The notes under the pieces were generated by a model. The model saw only the letters and a list, made by a program, of their open reading frames with translations. It did not search any database and was not told where the DNA came from. The position numbers and the translations under genes were made by a program. 62,136 bases of DNA. Source: Candidatus Kaiserbacteria bacterium (lineage in GTDB: Bacteria > Patescibacteriota > Minisyncoccia > Phycocordibacterales > UBA918). Numbering within the stretch: the first letter of the stretch is position 1; each line of letters begins with the position of its first letter. Below, one piece after another: positions 7,958 through 18,080 of the stretch. Where the stretch lies: assembly GCA_020428815.1 (NCBI GenBank), contig JAGQMC010000048.1:1-62136 (forward strand), read 5' to 3'.

Positions 7958-10081
7958 ATGAAAACACAATCTTTCTCTTTGGAGCTAGCCGGCAAAACTT
8001 TAACGGCTGAATTTAATGACTTAACATCACAGGCCAACGGTTCGGTTTTATTGCGATGTGGTGAAACAACCATCTTGGTGACAGCTGTAATGGGTGAGCG
8101 AGAGAACAGTGGTATGAATTACTTTCCACTATCAGTAGAATTTGAAGAAAAATTCTACGCTGCCGGAGCTATCCTTGGTAATCGTTTTCAGCGACGAGAG
8201 GGGCGTCCGAGTGACGAGGCTGTACTCTCAGCTCGAATCGTAGATCGTACCATCAGACCACTTTTTAACCAGCACCTCAGGCGTGATGTGCAGGTAGTGA
8301 TTACCGTCCTAGCCATGGGCGAAGACGATCCGGATGTACTGGGGGTAATTGGTGCTTCGCTAGCTTTAGCGGTATCTGATATTCCGTGGCGAGGTCCAGT
8401 TGGAGCGGTGCGGATTGGCCGAACCACCGAATCAAGTGAGGTGGTAATTAACCCAACCTATAAACAACGAGCAGAAAATTTATTAGACTTTGAAGTTTTA
8501 GCGTGTGGTAAAGACAATACTATAAACATGATTGAAACAGCGGCTGATGAAGTAAGTGAATCTGACATCGCCGCTATTCTAGAAACATCAATCGCCGTCC
8601 ATCAAAAATTAGAAGCCTGGCAAAAAGAAATTATTGCCGCTGTTGGTAAAGAAAAGCAAACTGAACCTGATGCAACCGTCTCACCAACTGCTCAAGAAAT
8701 TTTTGATACTCAGTTCAAGCAAAAACTGAAAGAAACCATTTTCAGTAACCGAGCTGGGAAGTCTCATATATATGAAATCAAGGCGGAGTTTTTAACCGCA
8801 TTAGAGGAAGCAGAAATTGAAGACAAAATGGCAGCTGACTTCTTTGAGGATATGATAGACGCTGAACTTCACCGAGGAGCTATCGAAGACAACCAGCGAG
8901 CTGATGGTCGGAAGATGGATGAGGTGAGAGAATTATTTGCTAAGGCCGGTGGAGTATCTCCAGTCTTACACGGTTCAGGAATTTTCTACCGTGGCGGCAC
9001 TCACATTTTTTCCGCACTCACTCTGGGTGGACCTGAAGCCGCTCAAATTATCGACACCATTGAAGAGCAAGATACCAAAAAACACTTCATGCACCACTAC
9101 AACTTCCCACCATTTTCAGTGGGAGAAACTGGTCGCATTGGTGGTTTCAATCGTCGTATGATTGGACATGGTGCTTTAGCAGAAAAAGCTTTAGTACCAG
9201 TGATTCCTTCCCGAGATGAATTTCCTTATACCATCCGTCTAGTGTCAGAGACTCTCTCCAGTAACGGCTCTAGTTCAATGGGTTCAGTCTGTGGTTCCAC
9301 TTTAGCATTAATGGATGGTGGCGTACCGATTAAGAGACCGGTGGCCGGCATCGCGTCTGGTGTCATGATTGTGGGCGATCGATATGCTCTACTGACTGAT
9401 ATCCAAGGACCAGAAGATGAATTTGGAGACATGGACTTTAAAGTAGCAGGTACGACTGAAGGAGTGACCGCTATTCAAATGGACGTAAAGGTTGACGGCG
9501 TACCAATGCATATTTTGGTTGAAGCTTTGGAGAAAGCCCGATTGGCAAGATTACATATATTAGAGACTATCACAGCTGAAATTGCTGAACCACGAGCACA
9601 CATCTCGCCGCGTGCTCCAGAAATTATTACCTTGAATATTTTGCCAGAGCAAATTGGACTAGTAATTGGTAGTGGTGGTAAGACCATAAATGGCATTAAA
9701 GAAGTCACTGGAGTAGAAGAGATTAGTATTGAAGAAGACGGCAGTATCTTTATTACCGGCCAAAACGGTACCGCCCAATTAGCTGCTGATAAAATATCTG
9801 CTCTCACCAGAATCTACGAGGTGGGTGAAAAAACTAATGCTACCATCACTCGCCTAGCTGATTTTGGCGCCTTTGCAAAACTGGATGACATAAATGAGGG
9901 TCTCATTCATATTTCTGAAATTGCACCATTTAGAATTGAATCCATGAACGGCGTCCTTGCTGAAGGTGAAGTGGTGCCGGTGGAGGTAATTAAGGTAGCT
10001 GAAGGTAAAATTGGTCTATCAATCAAAAAAGCCGACCCTGACTTTGCTGAGAATAAGGGCTTAAAGCCTGCCAATAAGTAA
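7958..10081 (+). CDS. pnp: polynucleotide phosphorylase
   Basis: Two RNase PH-like halves (RxDGR at ADGRKMDEVR; FMHHYNFPPFSVGE; GSSSMGSVCGSTLALMDGGVP; DMDFKVAGT), then KH (GSGGKTINGIKE) and S1 (FGAFAKL..GLIHISE) domains. The ATG at 7958 is preferred over the TTG at 7931. Confidence 0.95.
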   Translation: MKTQSFSLELAGKTLTAEFNDLTSQANGSVLLRCGETTILVTAVMGERENSGMNYFPLSVEFEEKFYAAGAILGNRFQRREGRPSDEAVLSARIVDRTIRPLFNQHLRRDVQVVITVLAMGEDDPDVLGVIGASLALAVSDIPWRGPVGAVRIGRTTESSEVVINPTYKQRAENLLDFEVLACGKDNTINMIETAADEVSESDIAAILETSIAVHQKLEAWQKEIIAAVGKEKQTEPDATVSPTAQEIFDTQFKQKLKETIFSNRAGKSHIYEIKAEFLTALEEAEIEDKMAADFFEDMIDAELHRGAIEDNQRADGRKMDEVRELFAKAGGVSPVLHGSGIFYRGGTHIFSALTLGGPEAAQIIDTIEEQDTKKHFMHHYNFPPFSVGETGRIGGFNRRMIGHGALAEKALVPVIPSRDEFPYTIRLVSETLSSNGSSSMGSVCGSTLALMDGGVPIKRPVAGIASGVMIVGDRYALLTDIQGPEDEFGDMDFKVAGTTEGVTAIQMDVKVDGVPMHILVEALEKARLARLHILETITAEIAEPRAHISPRAPEIITLNILPEQIGLVIGSGGKTINGIKEVTGVEEISIEEDGSIFITGQNGTAQLAADKISALTRIYEVGEKTNATITRLADFGAFAKLDDINEGLIHISEIAPFRIESMNGVLAEGEVVPVEVIKVAEGKIGLSIKKADPDFAENKGLKPANK

Positions 10082-10143
10082 ACTTAGCAGTCCACTTCAA
10101 GACGGCTCACAAACTAGCAAAAGCATGAGATACTAGATATATC

Positions 10144-11931
10144 ATGCCTGACATTTCTAAGCCTAAAGTCAGAACTAAAATCCGCACCTACGCTGGTGAC
10201 TTGGAGCTGCAAAAACAACAACAGGGTATAACAAAATCAACTGATACAACTGCAGTTAAAAAGGCGGCTGCACCAATTCCTAAAGCAGAAACCCCTAAAC
10301 AATTTACTGAAGCAGAGAAAACTACTGATCCTATTAGTTCAACAGCAAAAAAAGAGAAGTCGTTTGAGCCGGTGCCAGTTATGTCTGCCCCTAAATCACT
10401 CCCGGAAATTCATCAAAAACCAAAGCAACCTACTAAAATTCCGTCTTTTCATGAACTCAACAAGCAAATTGAAACTATTGAGAGTACTAAAGGAGAAAAG
10501 AAAACTCACAAATCAATTAGCACCAAAAAGAGTCATGGTACAGGCGGCACTACTATAATTACTGACACCAAACGTAAACGATTTCGTTTATTTCCATCAA
10601 TTGTTGCCGCTTTTAAGGGTTGGCTAAAAGAGAAAGCCCGAAAAAAGAAAACCGCTCCAAAATATACTGTTACTGATACCACTACCAGAAAGGGGATTAT
10701 TCAAGAGGCGACTTCAAAAACCGGTTCGGTTTTTACTGCTGACAGTGACACTTTAAGAGAACGCATCAGACAACGGCGAGCACAAGAAAAACTAGCCAGC
10801 AGCCCATCACCTGAATCAGAAGATGAACCAGATATTGACTGGTCTCCTTTCACTGAACCTGGGTATGATTTATTGCCTGAAGGTCACCCAGAAGAAAAGG
10901 TAATAAAAAATGTTAAAGTTGAGTTTAGAAAACCTTTTGGACAAATACCAACCAGTGAGACTTATGAGATACCGACTACCAGCGACCCTAAAGAAACTGA
11001 GGAAGACGCTTCTGATCTGGATGAACTGCGCTGGTCAAATGTAACAGACGAGTCAGAGAAAGAACCTGATAATCTGACTATATCAACACCAAATGAAGAG
11101 CCCCTCCAACCAATTCCACCAACAATTCCAGAACCAGTTTCAACATCAGAACCGGAGACCCCACCAGAACCAGAGCCAATTAAAGAAATCGCCCCGACAG
11201 TCAATACACCAGAGACTAAAACGTCACCTAAACCAAAAGGTTCTACTAATCGACACCCTCTAATTGATACTGTAGACACTAACACACTAACTGTAATTGT
11301 TTTGTCTATCATTATTGGACTAGTGATGTTAATTTTCATTGCTAGAATAATCATTAACTATTTTGATACGCCTAACTTACCAGTTAGCCAAGACACTCCG
11401 ACAGCGATCCACATGTTGCCTGACGTAGAAAGAAAATCTGTCACTCTTAATAATCCCGAAGAACCAGCCATTGAAGAATCACTGTGTGAACTAATCTCTA
11501 CCACTAACACCCTGGCTGAGATTACCGTGCTTGATAAGAGCGGCAACGAATTAAGTCCGGCACTCTTATTTAACTTACTTGAGTTTGAAACTCGAGCCAC
11601 CTTTAGACAATCGTTAACCAAAGTGCACTTTATTGCGACTGGACACAGTCAGCCTGCTCTACTCATGAGCTATACAGACGAGACCGCTATTCAGGGTGGT
11701 CTGCTAGCTTGGGAACCTTACCTAGCTGACAATTTATCCACTATTTACCAATTGTCCACCTCTGAAGAAATGCTCTTCACCGATAAGGTTATTATGGGTG
11801 TTGATACTAGAGCTCTCTATAGTGGAGATGAGTTGGTTTTACTCTACGCTATCCTTGATAACAATCGAGCCGTCATTGCTCCAAATGAAGCAGCCTTCGG
11901 TCAAATTCTAAACACTACTTTTGTTGATTAA
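10144..11931 (+). CDS. hypothetical single-pass membrane protein with a long low-complexity N-terminal half
   Basis: 595 aa. Residues 1-375 are K/P/T/E-rich, then one TM helix (LTVIVLSIIIGLVMLIFIARIII), then a ~190-aa C-terminal domain. No family recognised. Confidence 0.65.
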   Translation: MPDISKPKVRTKIRTYAGDLELQKQQQGITKSTDTTAVKKAAAPIPKAETPKQFTEAEKTTDPISSTAKKEKSFEPVPVMSAPKSLPEIHQKPKQPTKIPSFHELNKQIETIESTKGEKKTHKSISTKKSHGTGGTTIITDTKRKRFRLFPSIVAAFKGWLKEKARKKKTAPKYTVTDTTTRKGIIQEATSKTGSVFTADSDTLRERIRQRRAQEKLASSPSPESEDEPDIDWSPFTEPGYDLLPEGHPEEKVIKNVKVEFRKPFGQIPTSETYEIPTTSDPKETEEDASDLDELRWSNVTDESEKEPDNLTISTPNEEPLQPIPPTIPEPVSTSEPETPPEPEPIKEIAPTVNTPETKTSPKPKGSTNRHPLIDTVDTNTLTVIVLSIIIGLVMLIFIARIIINYFDTPNLPVSQDTPTAIHMLPDVERKSVTLNNPEEPAIEESLCELISTTNTLAEITVLDKSGNELSPALLFNLLEFETRATFRQSLTKVHFIATGHSQPALLMSYTDETAIQGGLLAWEPYLADNLSTIYQLSTSEEMLFTDKVIMGVDTRALYSGDELVLLYAILDNNRAVIAPNEAAFGQILNTTFVD

Positions 11932-12017
11932 TTATCTTCCTAACCTATTTTCATTGGTGAGTTTTATAGTGGTCCATTAACATTAAATTAAGTTGGTAGT
12001 AAGCTATACTAATATCT

Positions 12018-12389
12018 ATGTCACACGAAGAATTAAAGACTGAGCTAGAAAAGGAGCTGGCAGAACTAACTGCGGACCTTAAAAAAATTGCTGTTTTAAA
12101 TCCCACCACCAACGATTGGGTGGCTCGACCACCAATCGAGGACGTTGCCAGTGCAGATAAAAACACTGAGGCTGACTCGGCTGAAGAGTGGGGAGAAAGA
12201 CGGGCTGTTTTAGCGCAACTAGAAACGAGATACTACAACTTAGTCCGTGCCCTCAGTAAATTTTCCAACGGTACTTATGGCCTTTGTGAAGTTAGTGGAA
12301 ATCCAATCGAAGCTAACCGACTCAAAGCCAACCCCGCCGCTCGAACCAACCTAGCAAACATTGACAGAGAAAATGAATTGCCAATCTAG
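12018..12389 (+). CDS. DksA/TraR-family protein (Cys-poor variant)
   Basis: Coiled-coil N-terminus plus YGLCEVSGNPIEANRLKANPAART, resembling the DksA/TraR C-terminal motif with only one Cys. TATACT lies 7 nt upstream of the ATG. Confidence 0.6.
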   Translation: MSHEELKTELEKELAELTADLKKIAVLNPTTNDWVARPPIEDVASADKNTEADSAEEWGERRAVLAQLETRYYNLVRALSKFSNGTYGLCEVSGNPIEANRLKANPAARTNLANIDRENELPI

Positions 12390-12391
12390 TC

Positions 12392-13903
12392 ATGGCCATT
12401 ACACAAATACACACGATTCAACCAAACATTTTAGGCGGTAACTTAGTCAATATTGAGGTTGATATCTCCAATGGTCTACACGCTTTTTCAATTGTTGGCT
12501 TAGCTGGCAAAGCCATTGATGAGGCCAAAGATCGTGTCGGCAGTGCCATCAAACATACTGGCTTTAAATCACCTAAAAGTAAAAACCAAAAAGTAATAGT
12601 GTCCCTATCACCCGCTGATTTAAAGAAAGAGGGTCCTTTATTTGATTTACCAATCGCCATTACTTATTTGTTAGCTGCCGAAGAAATAGAAATTGATAAC
12701 GAAAAAAGAATTTATTTAGGCGAGTTGGGTTTAGATGGTACACTGCGACCAGTTCGTGGCACCCTCAGTGCTACACGTGTAGCCAAGAACTTGGGTTTTA
12801 AGGAGGTGATAGTACCAATCGAAAACGCGTCTGAGGCGGCTTTAATTGAAGATATCACTATCTACCCAGCTAGCAGTTTGTCAGAGGTGATTGCTCATGT
12901 TTCACCCCAGACTGACACAGCAAAACTCAAGCCCCAGCCAATAACGGAGATTAGCCAGAGTTGGCACGAAAGCACCATTAATCTAGAAGATATAAAGGGT
13001 CAGGAGAGTGCGAAACGAGGCTTAATCATTGCCGCGGCCGGTGGTCACAACGTGATGTTTGTTGGACCACCAGGGACTGGTAAGACGATGTTAGCTCGAG
13101 CTTTACGTTCATTATTACCACCACTGTCACGTGAGGAGGCTCTGGAAGTAACCGCCATCCACTCAATCGCCAACACTGATTACAACATCTCAACCAGACC
13201 TCCTTTTCGTAGTCCACACCACACCTCTTCTCATACTGCCCTAGTAGGTGGCGGTACCAATCCTAAACCAGGAGAGATAACCCTGGCTCACCGCGGCGTC
13301 TTGTTTATGGACGAGTTTCCTGAATTTGATAGACGCTCTTTAGATGCTCTTAGACAACCGCTCGAAGACCGGGTAGTCACTATTTCGCGTATTCAGGGTA
13401 GCGCGGAATTTCCCGCTGACTTTATTCTTGTAGCAGCCCTCAATCCTTATCGTGGCAGTGAAGATGGTACAACAGATTTACTCAGAGCCATGAACGAAAC
13501 CTATAAAAATAAAGTGTCTGGGCCAATTTTAGACCGCATAGATTTATGGCTTGAGGTGCCACACGTACCTTATGACACTCTGACCAAACTAAACCGCACC
13601 GAAGGAGAGACGGATGCAGCTAGAAACCAAATTCTTTCAGCCAGAGATAAGCAAACTGAAAGATTAAAAAACAGTCCGGCAAAAATAAACTCGGGCATGT
13701 CTGCCCGAGACATAGAAAACTTGATTGGGTTGGATGATGATGTTAAGGGCCTTCTTAAGCAGTCTAGCGCCAAGCTCAATCTCTCTCCTCGCAGCTACCA
13801 TCGTTTAGTAAAGGTTGCACGCACAATTGCAGATCTCGATAATTCAACTGAGATACAAGCTAATCACGTGCTCGAGGCTCTACAATACCGGGTGCCGGTA
13901 TAA
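12392..13903 (+). CDS. comM: YifB/ComM-family Mg-chelatase-like AAA+ ATPase
   Basis: N-terminal Lon-protease-like domain (GLAGKAIDEAKDRV), Walker A GPPGTGKTMLA, Walker B VLFMDEFPEF, and a C-terminal SPRSYHRLVKVARTIADL motif. Confidence 0.9.
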   Translation: MAITQIHTIQPNILGGNLVNIEVDISNGLHAFSIVGLAGKAIDEAKDRVGSAIKHTGFKSPKSKNQKVIVSLSPADLKKEGPLFDLPIAITYLLAAEEIEIDNEKRIYLGELGLDGTLRPVRGTLSATRVAKNLGFKEVIVPIENASEAALIEDITIYPASSLSEVIAHVSPQTDTAKLKPQPITEISQSWHESTINLEDIKGQESAKRGLIIAAAGGHNVMFVGPPGTGKTMLARALRSLLPPLSREEALEVTAIHSIANTDYNISTRPPFRSPHHTSSHTALVGGGTNPKPGEITLAHRGVLFMDEFPEFDRRSLDALRQPLEDRVVTISRIQGSAEFPADFILVAALNPYRGSEDGTTDLLRAMNETYKNKVSGPILDRIDLWLEVPHVPYDTLTKLNRTEGETDAARNQILSARDKQTERLKNSPAKINSGMSARDIENLIGLDDDVKGLLKQSSAKLNLSPRSYHRLVKVARTIADLDNSTEIQANHVLEALQYRVPV

Positions 13904-14064
13904 ACTTTTTACTATTTGTATTTAGTGGGGGAAGATAAGCTTTTAAAAACCCCAAGGATCAGGTGTCCAGTGGGTGGTTTTACTTATTATTACTGACTCT
14001 CAGCCATTAAAACGGATTGCGTTAGAGGAGTTCATTTTAACCTTAAAGACAAGGCGCTTAGAAA

Positions 14065-14108
14065 AAATCTGCACAAGTGGGACAAGTGTCCATCGAGTGC
14101 AGATTTTT
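14065..14108. terminator. hairpin between convergent comM and the M23 peptidase gene
   Basis: aaatctgcac (14065-14074) / gtgcagattt (14097-14106), with a 22-nt loop containing a smaller hairpin. A-run on the left and T-run on the right. Confidence 0.45.
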
Positions 14109-14130
14109 ACGTAGCAACGAAGTATTTAAA

Positions 14131-15243
14131 TTAAAATGGATTCCGTGCGCCTCGAACCTCGAAGTGGAGGTGTGTTCCGGTCGAACGACCTGTGCTTCCC
14201 ATACCACCGATGACTTGTCCTTGAGCTACATAAGCACCTACACCAACCGCGTTGCTAGAAAGGTGAGCGTATAGAGTCTGAGTACCATTTGGATGACGGA
14301 TTACTATGTATTGTCCGTAACCACCATTCCAACCTGAACTCTTAGAAATAATTACTTCACCAGATGCAGCCGCTCTAATTGATGATCCGTATCCACCGGC
14401 TAAGTCAACGGCATTATAGCCGTGAATGCCTTGGGTCTTGATTGAACCTGGAGCAGGATGTGAGAAGCCAAGAGCACTACCTCCAGACACCTTAACTGGT
14501 GCTGACGCCCTTACCACTGGAGCACTATGCATTGCACCACCAGGAATAATGAGAGTATCTCCAACCACTAAATCGTCCGCTGAGGCTAATTCGTTATAAG
14601 AAAGAATTTCATCTACGTCTCCCTCGTACTTCTTCGCTATTGAACCAATAGTGTCACCCTTTTTAACCACGTGCCTTACCCCAGCAATTGGTAGAATAAC
14701 TAATGTATCTCCTGGCTGGATAGCGGTGGCTCGAGTAATATCGTTAGCCCACATAATGGTATTGGTAGTTACACCAAACATTTCCGCCACCTGTGATAAA
14801 GAGTCACCCTCTCGAACAGTATAAACTCTAATTTCACCCAGACTACTTTGTGCCTTAGCGATTTCATCTTCACCAACCGGTCCAGTTGAAACCAACACAT
14901 TGTCATCTACTAAAATTTCTGCTCCTCCCCGGGCTCCCATCGGGTTAGGGTTTTGTAGAGTAGTTAGCAGGGGTACATCAATCGCTTCGCTCGATGGACC
15001 CTCTTCAATCTTTACCTCTGCTTCAGCCGGAGAACCAAATAAAATAGAGAAAAAACCGGCATTGACTGAAAAGGGTACAGCAATTACTAATATTAAAAAT
15101 AAGACCTCAGCCGCTACTCGGGCTGGAGTAGCTAACTTAACGTTCATATATGTAGACTGATGGTTGTTCCGTATATCAGGATTATCCTCAGCGACTTCTG
15201 AAATGGGTTTAATAAGCTGTTGTTTAGTCTCACTGCCGTTCAA
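14131..15243 (-). CDS. LysM-domain M23 metallopeptidase (peptidoglycan hydrolase)
   Basis: Two LysM repeats (YTVREGDSLSQVAEMFGV; HVVKKGDTIGSIAKKY) and M23 motifs (HGYNAVDL; GSTGRSTGTHLHFEV). The true start may be the internal MNVKLATP, just before the TM helix. Confidence 0.9.
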   Translation of the reverse strand: MNGSETKQQLIKPISEVAEDNPDIRNNHQSTYMNVKLATPARVAAEVLFLILVIAVPFSVNAGFFSILFGSPAEAEVKIEEGPSSEAIDVPLLTTLQNPNPMGARGGAEILVDDNVLVSTGPVGEDEIAKAQSSLGEIRVYTVREGDSLSQVAEMFGVTTNTIMWANDITRATAIQPGDTLVILPIAGVRHVVKKGDTIGSIAKKYEGDVDEILSYNELASADDLVVGDTLIIPGGAMHSAPVVRASAPVKVSGGSALGFSHPAPGSIKTQGIHGYNAVDLAGGYGSSIRAAASGEVIISKSSGWNGGYGQYIVIRHPNGTQTLYAHLSSNAVGVGAYVAQGQVIGGMGSTGRSTGTHLHFEVRGARNPF

Positions 15244-15526
15244 TCTTTACTTCCAGTCTTTGAAATGAAAAAGAGCACTAACGGCTCCCGTTCGCACCAA
15301 CAATTTAGGTACGAGAATTATTCTACTAGATGCAGTTTGACTGGCAATTGACGAAATACACTTTTTGCAGTCGCTGAAATTTTTATAAAATTATCCTTAA
15401 TTAACAACACCAAATGTTGTATTGACATGATATTTGTTGATGTCATAATTTTTTAACCTTATCTTTTTCTACCAGAATCGAGGTCATTAATATGCTGTCA
15501 GATTGGTGTGCTATAGTATCCTGCAC

Positions 15527-17485
15527 ATGACTAATCCTCCTTACTTAGATGGTCTTAACGAACCCCAAAAGCAAGCAGTCTTACACACTGACGGACCGTT
15601 AATGGTGCTGGCAGGAGCCGGTTCGGGTAAGACTCGGGTAATCACACACCGGATTGTTCACCTGATTCACCAAGGGGTTGCTCCTCATAATATTCTGGCG
15701 GTTACTTTTACCAACAAAGCTGCTAAGGAAATGCGTGAACGAGCTGAGAAATTAACTCGTGAGTACTGGCCATCTGATCGAGCGGTGATCGACAGCTTGC
15801 CGGTAGTAACCACCTTTCACGCTCTTGGTGTCAGGCTACTCCGAGAATTCCATGATGCTATGGGACTCCGTCGACACTTTGTTATCTATGATAGAAGTGA
15901 TAGTCAAAAGGCAGTAAAAAAAGCCATTGAAGACGCTGGTTACAACCCAAAAGAATTTGAGCCCCGTAAAATCCTTTCTATGATTTCCCGCGCTAAAGGT
16001 GACGCTATGACTGTGCTTGAGTACAAAGATGCTGCCAACTCTTATCCCGAACAAGTGACGGCGGAAGTCTGGGAAAAATACGATGAAACTTTACGCGCTG
16101 AACAGGCTTTAGACTTTGATGACCTACTGGCAAAGACCCTTAAGTTGCTCAAAAGCAATCCGTCAGTTAGAGAAACGTTACAAAAGCGTTATCAATATCT
16201 ACACGTTGACGAGTTCCAAGACACCAATCGAGTGCAATTTACTATTATGGAATTATTGGCCGGTGAGACTCAAAATGTTTGTGTAGTAGGTGACATTGAC
16301 CAAAATATCTACAGCTGGCGAGGTGCCGACATCAAGAATGTGCTCCAATTTGAAAAACACTTCCCCCGTACTACTACTATTCTGCTGGAAGAAAACTATC
16401 GCTCCACTGGAACCATCATTGCAGCCAGTAATGACGTTATTAAGAAAAACCAAAATCGAGTCGACAAAACTGTTTTCACCAATAATCAAGTGGGTGAAAA
16501 AATTACTCTCTACGCCGGTATGACCGGTGCTGATGAAGCAGAGTACGTAGCTCTGAAAGCACAGACATTGATTGAAGAGGGGGTAGATCCGGCAGCCATC
16601 GCCGTCCTCTATCGTACTAACTTCCAATCACGTTCACTAGAAGAATCATTTTTAAACTTTGGCGTGCCTTACCAACTTCTAGGCACAAAGTTCTATGAAC
16701 GAAAGGAGGTGAAAGACGTATTGTCTTATCTCCGTCTAGCCCTAAACCCAGGCAGTAATGCTGACCTGGTAAGAGTGATAAACAATCCTACTAGAGGTAT
16801 TGGTAAAGTAACCATGCTAAAAGTGGTGGAAGGGAAGCGCGGTGAACTCAACGCTGGAGCGGCAGCAAAAGTAAAAGTTTTTGATGACATCATGACTGAC
16901 ATTGCTGACTGTGCGAGCAAAAAACCACTGTCTGATACCATAAAATTTATAATGAAGCGCAGTGGTTTAGAGGACAACTTAAAAGAAGAGGGGACTGAAG
17001 AAGCACTTGAGCGTATTGAGAACTTACGTGAATTAGTTACCCTAGCTAGTCGCTTCAACGACCTTGAACCAAGCGAGGCAGTTGAACAACTCCTAGAAAC
17101 AGCCGCTCTCCAGAGTGATCAAGATGAAATGAAAAACAAAGAAGAACACAACGCGGTTAGATTGATGACTGTACACGCTGCCAAGGGATTAGAATTTGAA
17201 ACTGTTTTCATAACAGGACTAGAAGAGGGACTGTTTCCACACGAAAGACTAGACGACGGCCGAATTGACCAAGAAGAAGAACGTCGACTGTTCTACGTTG
17301 CTCTGACTAGAGCCAAACAAAAGTTATATTTGACTTACGCCCATATGCGAACAATTTTTGGTAGCCAAAGAATCAATGTCCCTTCATCTTTTTTGAATGA
17401 CATTAGCACCGAACACGTTGAGATGGATGAGCCCGATGGTTTTGGTGGTGGCTCCGGTTACGAAACTACTGTTTATTTGGATTAG
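15527..17485 (+). CDS. pcrA: UvrD/PcrA-type superfamily-1 DNA helicase
   Basis: Motifs AGAGSGKT, TFTNKAAKEM, VDEFQDTN, YRS, VHAAKGLEF, LFYVALTRAK. The ATG at 15527 is preferred over the TTG at 15503. TGcTATAGT (15509-15517) lies 9 nt upstream. Confidence 0.9.
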   Translation: MTNPPYLDGLNEPQKQAVLHTDGPLMVLAGAGSGKTRVITHRIVHLIHQGVAPHNILAVTFTNKAAKEMRERAEKLTREYWPSDRAVIDSLPVVTTFHALGVRLLREFHDAMGLRRHFVIYDRSDSQKAVKKAIEDAGYNPKEFEPRKILSMISRAKGDAMTVLEYKDAANSYPEQVTAEVWEKYDETLRAEQALDFDDLLAKTLKLLKSNPSVRETLQKRYQYLHVDEFQDTNRVQFTIMELLAGETQNVCVVGDIDQNIYSWRGADIKNVLQFEKHFPRTTTILLEENYRSTGTIIAASNDVIKKNQNRVDKTVFTNNQVGEKITLYAGMTGADEAEYVALKAQTLIEEGVDPAAIAVLYRTNFQSRSLEESFLNFGVPYQLLGTKFYERKEVKDVLSYLRLALNPGSNADLVRVINNPTRGIGKVTMLKVVEGKRGELNAGAAAKVKVFDDIMTDIADCASKKPLSDTIKFIMKRSGLEDNLKEEGTEEALERIENLRELVTLASRFNDLEPSEAVEQLLETAALQSDQDEMKNKEEHNAVRLMTVHAAKGLEFETVFITGLEEGLFPHERLDDGRIDQEEERRLFYVALTRAKQKLYLTYAHMRTIFGSQRINVPSSFLNDISTEHVEMDEPDGFGGGSGYETTVYLD

Positions 17486-18021
17486 TCATCCAAGTGAGAT
17501 ATTAGTTTTTGATACGTTTGCTCTATTTCGTTTAATTGGGGAACAATACGGATACAATCTTTTCTTTCGTTAGTCGCCTTATCCATTTGGTCAAACAAGT
17601 CTTCGATTTCTGGTCTGTCATCATCAGTAAAAGGAGGTGACCCTGGCTCACCCCACGATCCTCTTACCAACAAACGCCCAATTGCTTCTTCGCGTGGCAA
17701 ATCAAGGTAAAACTCAAAAAAATCTGCACCCGTTTCTTCAGCCATTTGTCTATACTCTTCTGCGTGTTGTGACTTTTGGAGAAGAAATGGCAAAACCACA
17801 TCGTAACCCAATTCTAAATGCTTTCTTACTATATTTTTAGAATGAATCAATTTTAGCTCTGCCGCCCCATACCAATCACTTCGCCACTGACCAAACATGA
17901 CAATAAAGTTATCCCCCTCAAAACCAAGAGCAAATTTATGTTCGTCGATATATTTCTTAGCTAAGGTAGACTTACCAGAGCCGGCAAAGCCATTTAAGAA
18001 TATTAATTTGGGTCTTTTCAC
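17482..18021 (-). CDS. P-loop kinase-like protein (AAA_33 / zeta-toxin-like fold)
   Basis: Walker A GFAGSGKST immediately follows the proposed GTG start (MKRPKLIFLNG). The longer 295-aa ORF in the track would overlap rsmA and is low-complexity there. TGgTATACT lies 7 nt upstream of the GTG. Confidence 0.6.
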   Translation of the reverse strand: MKRPKLIFLNGFAGSGKSTLAKKYIDEHKFALGFEGDNFIVMFGQWRSDWYGAAELKLIHSKNIVRKHLELGYDVVLPFLLQKSQHAEEYRQMAEETGADFFEFYLDLPREEAIGRLLVRGSWGEPGSPPFTDDDRPEIEDLFDQMDKATNERKDCIRIVPQLNEIEQTYQKLISHLDD

Positions 18022-18080
18022 TATCAGGAGTATACCATTTGCAAAAAAACTTAACTTGACATAGCTTAATATCATTAAAT

